The notes: generated by a model not told the origin, from the sequence alone. Shown: positions 8,607 to 17,651, counted from the first letter of the stretch. The stretch is DNA of 64,000 bases from Pseudomonadota bacterium (GCA_021843755.1 JAKBWB010000065.1:3357-67356), one strand, 5' to 3'. Program-made: numbers and translations.

Positions 8607-9189
8607 TACCAATGACCCTGGCGTCATGCCCATGCACCCGCGCCTCGTTGATGGCACACGGCTCTTGCGAAAGCCGCCAGTAGGCGGATATCGGCTGGTC
8701 GAGCAACTGCAGCAGTATCGCCCGCATACCGCTATCGTGTCCCACGATCACGATGGTGTCCGCGGGATGGCGCTCGACGACCATCCGCACGACATCGGCG
8801 GTGCGCGCGATGAGATCCTGCAGCGCCTCCCCTTCGGGAAACCGCACCAGGTGCGGCGCTCTCAACCACCGCTCGAAGAGCTCCGGCCACTCGGTACGGA
8901 TCTCGCTGTGCAGACGCCACGTCCAGGTGCCGTAATCGAAATCGTTGAGCTCCTCGGATACGGCCGTCTCGATCCCGCAAGCCCTGGCGATCTCCCTCGC
9001 GGTCTGAACACAGCGCTTAAGCGGACTCGTGTAGAGGATCGCCGGGCGCCAGCGCGAAGCGATGCACCGCGCCGTCGCCTCCGCCTGACGGCGTCCCTCA
9101 TCGGTCAAAGGCACATCCCTTCTGCCCCGGAAGCGCTCCGGTTGAATTCCCTCGACATGGCCGTGACGCACGAGGACCAGGTGACTCAT
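8575..9189 (-). CDS. histidine phosphatase family protein (phosphoglycerate mutase-like)
   Basis: MSHLVLVRHGHVEG...RFRGRRDVPLTDEGRRQAEA carries the RHG catalytic motif, and VIVGHDSG carries the second His motif. ATG at 9189 is preceded by GGAGAA. The track ORF extends to 9240. Confidence 0.8.
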   Translation of the reverse strand: MSHLVLVRHGHVEGIQPERFRGRRDVPLTDEGRRQAEATARCIASRWRPAILYTSPLKRCVQTAREIARACGIETAVSEELNDFDYGTWTWRLHSEIRTEWPELFERWLRAPHLVRFPEGEALQDLIARTADVVRMVVERHPADTIVIVGHDSGMRAILLQLLDQPISAYWRLSQEPCAINEARVHGHDARVIGINETRHLARD

Positions 9190-9790
9190 CGCGATTCTCC
9201 AGGTTGCGGGCAAGGTACGGAGGGCGGCGGCCGCCGTCAATTACCCGAGCCGGCTATCGCAGAGGACAGACGCCCATGATGCGCGAGATTTCCGCCCAAC
9301 TGCGCCAGTATGAGCAAGACAAGTTCGAGCTGGCCGAGATCCTGCGCGCCATCCTGGTCGCGGTCTTACATGCAGCGATACGCGCTGAAGCGCGATGGAA
9401 TACGACGCGCCCTCGTGACCGACGAGGAAGCGCGCGCGGCGCAGCGCGCGCTCGCGCTCCTTGCTGGGATGCCGAATGTCCCGTGCCACAACTGAGATGG
9501 AATGCCAAAAGTTACCATATCCACGCTGCGGCGCGATCGCATCCGCCAATCTTGCCCCCGCGCGGACCATTTGCTAGGATCCCGCGCCGGGAGATGGCAT
9601 CCTCCCCGAACCGCCGCAAGGCTGATGACGCCTACCGCACTCGTCGGATGGAGACGGGTGGGGCGGGTGACACAGCACACCACGCCATCCTCTACCCGCA
9701 ACGACGGCCGACGAGCTGCACCCTCTTCTGATCCGGAGGTGGCGGTGATGTCAACAGGATTCCCCCGCGTCCTCGCATCCCCTGGCTGAA

Positions 9791-10750
9791 GTGTCGGCCA
9801 TGCTGCTTCGCATCCTGGCCAATGCGTTGCAGGTGCTGGTGGTGCTGCTGCTCTCACCGCTCGTGGCGGGGGTGCTGGACCGCCTGAAGGAAATCATCCA
9901 GTCGAAACGCGGCCCCAGCGTCTTGCAGCCATATCGCGACTTGTGGAAGCTGTTCCACAAGGATGAGGTCCTTTCCGATCGCAGCTCCTGGCTGTTCCGA
10001 GCCACACCCTACGTCGTGTTCGTCACGCCGATCTTCGTGACGCTGCTCATTCCCGTACTGACCAACTATCCGCTGTTCCTGGCCTTCATGGCGGACATGG
10101 TTGGCGTGGGATTCGTGCTGGCGCTCGGCGGGTTCTTCGCCACCCTGGGCGCGGTCGACACGGGCAACCCCTACGGCCCGATGGGCGCCAGCCGCACGCG
10201 AATGGTGGCGTTCCTCGCCGAGCCGGTGTTCGTCATCGTCTTTTTCACCGTCTCGTTCGTAGCCGGCTCCACCATTCCCTATATCGTGCAGGCCCACTGG
10301 GCGCTCTCTGCGGCAATCTTCCTGTCGCCGACGCACGTGCTGCTGATGGCGGCGTTCTTCCTGCTCATCCTGGCCGAGGGCGGACGGATCCCGGTCGACA
10401 GCCCCACGGGCCATGTCGAGCTGGCGATGATCGATGAGTCGAAGAGCCTCGAGTACTCCGGCACCGGTGCGGCGCTCATGAAATGGGGCGGGTACATGAA
10501 GTTGCTCGTGCTCATGTGCGTGTTCCTGAACGTGCTGGTCACACCCTGGGGCCTGGCGAGCGGCCAGACACTGTCCGCGGTGGCGCTGGCCATTCCCTTC
10601 GTGGCGCTGAAGGTGCTGATACTCATTCTCGCTCTCGTGGTGGTGGAGTCCTCGCTGGCAAAGCTGCGACTGTTCCGCATCAGCGAGTTCCTGGGAGCCG
10701 CCTTCGTCACCTGCGTGGCGGCGATGATCACGCAGCTGTTCAAGGTGTAA
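9791..10750 (+). CDS. HyfC/HycD-like (NuoH-family) membrane subunit of a group-4-hydrogenase-related complex
   Basis: 319-aa polytopic protein. The N-terminus LLLSPLVAGVLDRLKEIIQSKRGPSVLQPYRDLWKLFHKDEV is typical of formate hydrogenlyase subunit 4 / NuoH-like proteins. First gene of a tightly packed operon. Confidence 0.8.
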   Translation: MSAMLLRILANALQVLVVLLLSPLVAGVLDRLKEIIQSKRGPSVLQPYRDLWKLFHKDEVLSDRSSWLFRATPYVVFVTPIFVTLLIPVLTNYPLFLAFMADMVGVGFVLALGGFFATLGAVDTGNPYGPMGASRTRMVAFLAEPVFVIVFFTVSFVAGSTIPYIVQAHWALSAAIFLSPTHVLLMAAFFLLILAEGGRIPVDSPTGHVELAMIDESKSLEYSGTGAALMKWGGYMKLLVLMCVFLNVLVTPWGLASGQTLSAVALAIPFVALKVLILILALVVVESSLAKLRLFRISEFLGAAFVTCVAAMITQLFKV

Positions 10751-10762
10751 GGATCAATCACG

Positions 10763-11515
10763 ATGAGCGCCACCACCGTGACGAGCACCCTCGCCTCCCT
10801 GAACTCGCTGGTAGGAGGACTGTTCCTGCTCACGGCGTTCGCGATGGTCGCAACCCGGCAGACCCGTGGCTGCCTCCAACTGTTCATCGCGCAATCGCTC
10901 TTGCTCGCCGCCTCGGCCTTCCTCCTTGGTGCCGAGTACCACACCCCGCACCTCTACGGCGTCGGAATCGTCGATCTGATCAGCAAGCCCATCCTCGTCC
11001 CCTGGATTCTGAACCGCACGCTGACGAGGGAGGTTTACGCCAAGCGGGAAATCGACCAGGTATTGAACATCCCGACGTCCCTGCTGATCGCGTTGGCGTT
11101 CGCGGTGTTCGCCTACTTCCTGACGCGGCCGCTCCTCGATGCGGTGGCGCCGCAATTTCGCGGCGCCAATGTGCCGATAGGGTTCGCCGCTTTACTGCTC
11201 GGCGCCTACACTCTTGCGGTGCGCCGTGAAGCCGTGCCGATGTTGCTCGGGATCCTGGCCATGGAGAATGGCGCATTCTTCGTCGGCATCCTGCTCGCGC
11301 GCGACCTGCCGTTCATTATCGAGCTCGCCGTCGCCTCTGACGGACTCATCATGGTGTTCGTCGTCGGCATACTGGTACGGAAGATCCAGCACCGACTCGG
11401 CTCGACGCGGATCGGTGAGCTTGCGACGCTGAGAGAAGGTTCCGCCTCGCCCCCCTCGCCGCTTCCTCACGACGGCTCGATTGCGCCGGAGCGGCAAAAC
11501 CCGAAGGCCGTATGA
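10763..11515 (+). CDS. HyfE-like small membrane subunit (NuoK-related)
   Basis: 250-aa hydrophobic protein in the HyfE position between the HyfC-like and HyfF-like genes. Its stop overlaps the next start (ATGA at 11512-11515). Confidence 0.65.
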   Translation: MSATTVTSTLASLNSLVGGLFLLTAFAMVATRQTRGCLQLFIAQSLLLAASAFLLGAEYHTPHLYGVGIVDLISKPILVPWILNRTLTREVYAKREIDQVLNIPTSLLIALAFAVFAYFLTRPLLDAVAPQFRGANVPIGFAALLLGAYTLAVRREAVPMLLGILAMENGAFFVGILLARDLPFIIELAVASDGLIMVFVVGILVRKIQHRLGSTRIGELATLREGSASPPSPLPHDGSIAPERQNPKAV

Positions 11516-13017
11516 CGCTGCTCCTCATCCCGGGCCTGCCCCTGCTTGCGGCTCTTCTGTCCGGCGCCGCAATGTTGAGACCAAAGCGGCCCCGCGCACG
11601 CGCGAGCGAGCGGGTCCTCGCCGGGATGACCATCGTCAGCTCGGTGCTCGTACTGCTGCTCGCCTCCAAGATGGCCTGGCGAGTCGCCGCCGGCGCGACA
11701 TTCACCGCGCTTTCCGGATGGGTGTCGGTGGATGCGCTCGGCGCCCTGATCATCCTGCTGATCGCCCTCGTGGGCACCACTTCGGCCATCTATTCGTGGG
11801 GATACATGGCGCGCTCCTACACCGAGCCGGGGAGGCTGCGGCTCTACTACGCGAACTACAATCTGTTCATCTTCTCGATGCTGGCGATTCCGATGGTGAA
11901 TGAGCCGACGCTGGTATGGATCTTCGTCGAGCTGACCACGGTGTCGTCCGCGTTGCTGGTGAGCTTCGAGAACACCGAGGCGGCGCTCGAGGCGGCTTGG
12001 AAGTACGTCGCATTATCGCTCATGGGCGCGGGGATCGCGCTCCTCGGATTTCTGCTGCTGTTCTCCACGCTGCAGGCGGCCGGCGGCGAGAGTTATACGT
12101 GGCAAGGATTGCAGCACGTGGCGGCCCGGATGCCGCCCGCACTTCTCACCACGTCGTTCGTGTTGATTCTGGTCGGACTCGGAACCAAGGTGGGGTTCGT
12201 ACCGCTGCACACCTGGCTGCCGGACGCTCACAGCCAGGCGCCCTCGCCGGTGTGCGCACTGCTCTCGGGAATCGAGACCACGAGCGTGCTGTACGTGATC
12301 CTGCGGCTGCTGCCGATCGTGGATTCCGCCTCCACCCCGGGGATGCGGCGGTGGGTGATCGGATTCGGTCTGCTCTCGGCCGGTACGGCCGCGTTCCTGC
12401 TGCTGCAGGTCCGCGATTACAAGCGCCTCTTTGCTTTCTCGACAGTCGAGCACATGGGCATCATCCTCGTGGCCGCGGGGCTCGCCGGCGAGGCGGCTCA
12501 TTTTGCCGCGGTCTATCAGATCCTTGCCCACACGGTCACCAAGTCCTTCTGTTTCTTCGCCGCCGGCGCAGCGCTCCTCACGGTGAAGACCCGGGACATT
12601 TCTTCGGTCCGCGGACTGATTGGCGCCTCCCCAATCGCAGCCATCGCGCTGCTTCTCGGCGCTCTGGCCATCGCCGGGGCACCACCTCTGCCGCTGTTCA
12701 TGAGCGAGTTCGCCATTCTGCGCGCCGGTCTTGCCTCGGGCCGTTATCTCACCGTGGCGCTTCTGGCGCTGTTTATCGTGATTGCCTTCTTCGGGATTCT
12801 GCTGCACGTGAACCGCATGGTATTCGGCAGCCCGAAACCCGGGAATCACGAGCCCGCCACGCAGCCGGCGACCGCTCCTGCGGCCATCATGCCGCTACCC
12901 CACACCTGCATCGCCGTATTGATCGCCGGCGGTGCATTGATGATCGCGCTGGGCTTGGTTCTACCTTCACCACTGCGTGAGCTGTTGCGCCTCGCAGCAG
13001 CGGGCCTGCGGCGGTAG
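11512..13017 (+). CDS. HyfF-like antiporter-type subunit (NuoM/NuoN family)
   Basis: 501-aa polytopic protein with proton-pumping-subunit signatures: FVPLHTWLPDAHSQAPSPVCALLSG and FSTVEHMGIILVA. Confidence 0.8.
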   Translation: MTLLLIPGLPLLAALLSGAAMLRPKRPRARASERVLAGMTIVSSVLVLLLASKMAWRVAAGATFTALSGWVSVDALGALIILLIALVGTTSAIYSWGYMARSYTEPGRLRLYYANYNLFIFSMLAIPMVNEPTLVWIFVELTTVSSALLVSFENTEAALEAAWKYVALSLMGAGIALLGFLLLFSTLQAAGGESYTWQGLQHVAARMPPALLTTSFVLILVGLGTKVGFVPLHTWLPDAHSQAPSPVCALLSGIETTSVLYVILRLLPIVDSASTPGMRRWVIGFGLLSAGTAAFLLLQVRDYKRLFAFSTVEHMGIILVAAGLAGEAAHFAAVYQILAHTVTKSFCFFAAGAALLTVKTRDISSVRGLIGASPIAAIALLLGALAIAGAPPLPLFMSEFAILRAGLASGRYLTVALLALFIVIAFFGILLHVNRMVFGSPKPGNHEPATQPATAPAAIMPLPHTCIAVLIAGGALMIALGLVLPSPLRELLRLAAAGLRR

Positions 13018-13023
13018 ACCATC

Positions 13024-14646
13024 ATGGAAATCCCGGTGCAACGACACGCGCAGTGCAGTCGGCGGAGCCTGCACTTCGAGATCGACTGTCAGCCGCAGCG
13101 CCTGGTACAAGTGTGTAGTGCACTCTCCCGCGCGGGGTTTGGTTTCGCCGGCCTCATCGTCGAGGAGTGGCAGCGCCAATGGTGGCTGAGATACGCATTC
13201 CATTCCCTGAGCGGCAGCGGCGGGAAGATCCTGCGGCGCACCCTCGCAGAGCCGCCGGAACCAGCAGACTTCGCCCCGCTGTGCTCTTCCGCCGACTGGA
13301 TCGACGTGCTCATCCGACAGCCTCTGACGCGCACGAGCTATCCGAGTATCAGCAGCGAGGTGCTCGCCGCGGACTGGCACGAGCGCGAAGCGGAGGACCT
13401 CTTCGAGCTCACCTTCGAGGGCCATCCACGCCTCGGGGACTTCGTGCTGCATGATGTCGCCTGGCAGGAGGGGCTTGCGCCGATGCGCAAGGATTTCAAT
13501 GCGCACACCCCTCCGTCCGAGCGTCGGCCGAATCCGGCGTGGCGTCCGCAGCGCATCGTTCACGAACCAGGCTCTTTCCTGATGCCCATTGGACCGATCT
13601 ATGGCGGCGTCTCGGAGTCAGTGCACTTCACGCTGGAGACGGTGGGCGAAGACGTCATCCGGGCGCTGCCGCGTCTGTTCTACAAATACCGGGCGGTGGA
13701 GAAAATCGCCGAGGGTCGCGCTGCGCCAGACCTACTGTTGCTGGCGGAGCGTTTCAATGGCATCGCGGCCTTCGCCCACGGCCTGGCCTGCGCACAGGCC
13801 ATCGAAACCGTTGCCGGAGTCGAACCACCCGCCCGAGCGCTGACGCTGCGCGTCATGCTCGCGGAACTGGAGCGGCTCAGGCATCACACCGGAACGATCC
13901 ACGACATCTGCGAATCCACCGCACTCACCGTCGCGGCGAGCCAGGCGGCGATTCTTGAGGAGGAGCTGCTGCGGCTTTCGGGCTCGCTCACGGGGCACCG
14001 TTACCTCTTCGGCCTGCTCATGCCCGGTGGACTGAGCCGGGACTTCGAGCAGCACTCGTTGGCGGACGCGGTGCGAGCGGTCCAGGACATCGCGCGCCGG
14101 TTGACCCAACTGGAGCGGCACTTGGTCACGACCAGCAGCTTCCTCGACCGACTGGAAGAAGTCGGCATCGTGACGCCTGCCCTGGCGCGGACCTACGGAC
14201 TCGTGGGTCCCGTAGCACGTGCTTCCGGTCTTGCCTGCGATTTACGCCGTGCGCAACCTTACGCAGCGTACGACGCCTACACATTCGATATTCCGCAGGA
14301 ACAGGACGGCGACGGCTACGCGCGGCTGCGCGTGCTATTTGCCGAAGCCCGCCAGGCGAGCCGCATTCTCGGCCAGGCCGTCAATATGCTGCCGGACGGA
14401 CCCGTGTGCGTCGCCTGCCCCGACATTCCGCCGGGGGCCGCGCTCGGCTGGAGCGAGGCGCCCGTCGGCGCGACCTTTCACTGGATCCACGCGGATGAGC
14501 AAGGACGCGTGAGCCGCTACCACATCATGTCCCCCTCCTTCGCCAACTGGCACGGCTTTCACCTTGCGGCCGAGAAGTTCGCCTTCCAGGACTTTCCCAT
14601 CATCCTGGCAACCTTCGGACTGTCGGCGGCGGAGACAGATCGATGA
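13024..14646 (+). CDS. NuoC-NuoD / HycE-HyfG-like fused large subunit lacking all four [NiFe] cysteine ligands
   Basis: 540 aa. The N-terminal part is NuoC-like (AADWHEREAEDLFELTFEGHPRLGDF). The C-terminal part is large-subunit-like (GPIYGGVSESVHFTLETVGEDVIRALPRLFYKYRAVEKIAEG). Where RxCGxCxxxH is expected the DNA at 13747-13776 encodes ERFNGIAAFAH. Where DPCxxCxDR is expected the protein ends FGLSAAETDR. Confidence 0.85.
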   Translation: MEIPVQRHAQCSRRSLHFEIDCQPQRLVQVCSALSRAGFGFAGLIVEEWQRQWWLRYAFHSLSGSGGKILRRTLAEPPEPADFAPLCSSADWIDVLIRQPLTRTSYPSISSEVLAADWHEREAEDLFELTFEGHPRLGDFVLHDVAWQEGLAPMRKDFNAHTPPSERRPNPAWRPQRIVHEPGSFLMPIGPIYGGVSESVHFTLETVGEDVIRALPRLFYKYRAVEKIAEGRAAPDLLLLAERFNGIAAFAHGLACAQAIETVAGVEPPARALTLRVMLAELERLRHHTGTIHDICESTALTVAASQAAILEEELLRLSGSLTGHRYLFGLLMPGGLSRDFEQHSLADAVRAVQDIARRLTQLERHLVTTSSFLDRLEEVGIVTPALARTYGLVGPVARASGLACDLRRAQPYAAYDAYTFDIPQEQDGDGYARLRVLFAEARQASRILGQAVNMLPDGPVCVACPDIPPGAALGWSEAPVGATFHWIHADEQGRVSRYHIMSPSFANWHGFHLAAEKFAFQDFPIILATFGLSAAETDR

Positions 14647-15383
14647 CCCAATGGGTACTCGAGGGCCTGCGCGCCGGTATTCGCACGACACGCTACCCCT
14701 TTGCCCCCGAGACAGCTGCGGGTGTCAGCCCGGGTCTTCCCGCCGCCGGAGAGCTCGCCCGGCCCGACCTGGAACGGCTCATCGCGCGCTGCCCGACGGC
14801 CGCGCTTGCGAGCGCCGATGGACGGCTCGTAGTCGATGCGCGCCGCTGCGTGCATTGTTTCCGCTGCGTGCGGGGATCTGACACCCCGGCACCCTGGCAA
14901 GGCGGCTATGAGTGGGCAACCGGCGAGGGAACCTTGGGCAAGACGTTCACACGCTCGCTGCACATCAGGGTGGTCGATGCCGGAGATTGCGGGGCCTGCC
15001 TGCATGAGGTCAAGCAGCTCGCCGGTCCCTATTACAGTCTCCACCGCCTCGGCTTTTTCATCTCTCCCACTCCGCGTCAGGCGGATGTGCTGCTCGTCGT
15101 AGGCCCCGGCACCGACCAGATGCGCGAGGCGCTTACCAAGGCGTACAAGGCCATGCCGACTCCTCGCACCGTGATTGCGGTCGGCACCTGCGCGCTCTCG
15201 GGCGGCGTGTTCGGGTCCAACTTCGCGTGCGGCGGCGGCATTTCCTCGATCTTGCCCGTGGATGTGGAAGTGCCGGGTAATCCACCGCCTCCACTTGCCA
15301 TTCTGCACGCCCTGCTGCTCGCCACCGGCCGCGCCGCCCCAGCTGCGAAGGAGCGGCAGACTGCAGGAGAGCGAATGCCATGA
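14643..15383 (+). CDS. NuoB/HycG/HyfI-like small subunit with an N-terminal single-cluster ferredoxin remnant
   Basis: 246 aa. The NuoB core is VVDAGDCGACLHEV...ADVLLVVGPGT...VIAVGTCALSGG...LPVDVEVPGNPPPP. The fourth cluster cysteine (PGCPP) is Asn, encoded by aat at about 15279-15281. The N-terminus carries CPTAA...(17 aa)...CVHCFRC. ATGA overlaps occur at both ends. Confidence 0.8.
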   Translation: MTQWVLEGLRAGIRTTRYPFAPETAAGVSPGLPAAGELARPDLERLIARCPTAALASADGRLVVDARRCVHCFRCVRGSDTPAPWQGGYEWATGEGTLGKTFTRSLHIRVVDAGDCGACLHEVKQLAGPYYSLHRLGFFISPTPRQADVLLVVGPGTDQMREALTKAYKAMPTPRTVIAVGTCALSGGVFGSNFACGGGISSILPVDVEVPGNPPPPLAILHALLLATGRAAPAAKERQTAGERMP

Positions 15384-17518
15384 TCGCAATGGCCTGGACC
15401 GGCGCATTCTTTGCGCTCTGCGCGCTGGGCATGCTCCTCGCACCGTTCGTCCCGCAACGACGCAACCCCCTCCTGGTTGCCATCGCGGGCGCCCTGGCCT
15501 CAGCGTGCCTTTGTGTAGCGGGTGCGTATGCCCTGCTGTCCGGCCGCACTGTCGACACGACCCTCGGCCTCTCGCCCCTGGGCAGCACGATACGCTTCAG
15601 CCTCGATCCCCTGTCAGGGGTGTTCGTGCTCATCACGGGGATCGTGTTTCTCGCCACTTCGGTGTTCTCAGCAGGCTACCTGCAACGCTACCTGGACCAC
15701 TACAGTCTGAAGGTGTTCACCGTTCTGTATTTCGGGCTGCTGGCCGCCATCGCGGCGGTGCTTCTGGCAAGCGACGTCCTCTCATTCCTCGTCGCCTGGG
15801 AGCTGATGTCGATCGGCTGCTACCTGCTCGTCAATTTCGAGCATCGGCGCGACGAGAACATCCGCGCCGGCTACCTCATGCTCGCCATGGGCGAGGCGGG
15901 AACCCTGGCCGCGGCGGTGGCGTTGCTCCTCCTGGCCAACGCGGCCGGCTCGCTCGGGTTCGAGGCGATCCGCATGAACGGCACCCGGCTCGCCGACGGC
16001 CTGCGCTGGACGGTGTTCGTGCTGTCGGTGGCGGGCTTCGGGGTGAAAGCCGGTCTGGTGCCAGTCAACTCCTGGCTCCCTCGCGCCCACCCGGCCGCAC
16101 CGGCCAATGTCTCCGCGCTCCTCTCCGGAGTGATCCTCAACCTCGGTATTTACGGCATTGTGCGCGTCAACCTCGACCTCGTGCCGCCTCGCCTGGCCGG
16201 ACCCGGCATCGTCCTGCTGCTGGTAGGAGCCATCTCGGCGTTCCTCGGCATTCTCTACGCCGTCACCGCCAACGATATGAAAACTCTGCTCGCGCACAGC
16301 TCCATCGAAAACATGGGCATCGCGACGACGGCTCTCGGGGCGGGCGTGGTCTTTGCGACCACCGGTCATCAAGCACTCGCCGCCATCGCCCTCGTCGCAG
16401 CGTTCTACCAGCTTGCCAATCATTCGGTCTACAAGGCGCTTCTCTTCTTCGGCGCCGGGACGGTGGACGCCTACGCCGGCACGCGGGACCTCGATCACCT
16501 GGGAGGTCTCATCCACCGAATGCCGTGGACAGCCCTGTTCTTCCTCATCGGTTCGCTCTCGATCGCTGCCATCTACCCTTTCAGCGGCTTCAGCAGCGAG
16601 TGGCTGACGCTGCAGGCGCTGCTGCGCAGCGCCGAGCTCTCATCGAACCTCGTCAAGACCGCCTTCGCCTTTGCCGGCGTAGCGCTGGCGCTCACCGCGG
16701 CACTGGCCGTCACCTGTTTCGTCAAGGCATTCGCAATGGGGTTCCTCGGCATGCCCCGCTCCCCGGCGGCAGAGGAAGCGCGCGAGGCGCCTCGCTCGAT
16801 GCTCGCACCGATGGGCGCGCTGGCCGCGCTGTGCGTTCTGCTCGGCATTCTGCCGACATTCGTGATTCCCGCCCTCGGCGGGGCGCTCAAATCCGTAGGG
16901 GGCGCGAGCGCCGCGCACACCCTGGTTCCGCCTTTCTTCAGCCACGGCCGGCCATCGGCCTTACCTGCGAAGTTCATCGCCGATTTCCACGATCTCGGCG
17001 CACAAGTGGGTCAGGATATCGTCCCCGGGCGCGGCCTGGTGGTGCTGCATCGCGGCGGTGCGGACAATCCCGTCGTCTTTGCCATGGCGACTTCCTATGG
17101 CTTCGTCGTCCTGATATTGCTCCTGGGGGGTACGGCCTTCGTCGTCAGGCGACTGACCGCAGCTCGTCGCGTCATGCGTGAGGAGCAGTGGGACGGCGGG
17201 GTGCACCAACTCTTACCCGAGATGACCTACACGGCGACTGGATTCTCGAACCCGGTGCGCGTGATCTTCGACGCGATCCTGCGGCCCCGCACCGTCGAGG
17301 ACACGCAGGAAACCGTGGCACAGCATTTCCGCGTGGCCATCGTCCGCACGCGCGAGCACCCGCACCTGGTCGATCGGCTCGTGCTCGATGTGCTCACGGC
17401 CTGGATGGCGGGCGCCGCCGGTCTCCTGGCACGCATGCACCACGGCAAGCTCAACGCCTATGTGGCCTACGTGCTCGGCACGTTGGTGCTCTTCCTGGGG
17501 ATTGCCGCGCTGAGATGA
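15380..17518 (+). CDS. HyfB-like antiporter-type subunit (NuoL family)
   Basis: 712-aa polytopic protein. Signatures are VPVNSWLPRAHPAAPANVSALLSGVILNLGIYG and LAHSSIENMGI. Last gene of the operon. Confidence 0.8.
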   Translation: MIAMAWTGAFFALCALGMLLAPFVPQRRNPLLVAIAGALASACLCVAGAYALLSGRTVDTTLGLSPLGSTIRFSLDPLSGVFVLITGIVFLATSVFSAGYLQRYLDHYSLKVFTVLYFGLLAAIAAVLLASDVLSFLVAWELMSIGCYLLVNFEHRRDENIRAGYLMLAMGEAGTLAAAVALLLLANAAGSLGFEAIRMNGTRLADGLRWTVFVLSVAGFGVKAGLVPVNSWLPRAHPAAPANVSALLSGVILNLGIYGIVRVNLDLVPPRLAGPGIVLLLVGAISAFLGILYAVTANDMKTLLAHSSIENMGIATTALGAGVVFATTGHQALAAIALVAAFYQLANHSVYKALLFFGAGTVDAYAGTRDLDHLGGLIHRMPWTALFFLIGSLSIAAIYPFSGFSSEWLTLQALLRSAELSSNLVKTAFAFAGVALALTAALAVTCFVKAFAMGFLGMPRSPAAEEAREAPRSMLAPMGALAALCVLLGILPTFVIPALGGALKSVGGASAAHTLVPPFFSHGRPSALPAKFIADFHDLGAQVGQDIVPGRGLVVLHRGGADNPVVFAMATSYGFVVLILLLGGTAFVVRRLTAARRVMREEQWDGGVHQLLPEMTYTATGFSNPVRVIFDAILRPRTVEDTQETVAQHFRVAIVRTREHPHLVDRLVLDVLTAWMAGAAGLLARMHHGKLNAYVAYVLGTLVLFLGIAALR

Positions 17519-17651
17519 CTCGTCGCACAACGGGAATGCGGAGAATTTCTAATGCTGTACGTGACCCTGAATCGCTTAGGAGCCGGAAACGAATAACAGC
17601 ATCACCTTCTACGACCGAAATCCTTGAAAAAGCTCAACGTGTGCACATGAC

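Noticed and set aside
15175-17181. Very long alternative-frame or antisense ORFs. These are 668 aa at 15175..17181 (+), 491 aa at 58333..59808 (-), 487 aa at 45496..46959 (-), 507 aa at 61441..62964 (+), 462 aa at 61934..63322 (-), 607 aa at 30239..32062 (+) and 640 aa at 52599..54521 (+).
   Set aside because: All overlap genes with strong family motifs. Their translations are dominated by Arg/Pro/Gly/Ala, as expected from stop-codon depletion in high-GC DNA. I saw no independent evidence for overlapping genes.
9791-17518. Calling the operon hydrogenase-4 / formate hydrogenlyase (hyfBCEFGI)
   Set aside because: The large subunit lacks all four Ni-Fe cysteine ligands. The small subunit lacks one cluster cysteine. 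No fdhF, hyp, hycI or hyfA/H genes are present in the window.
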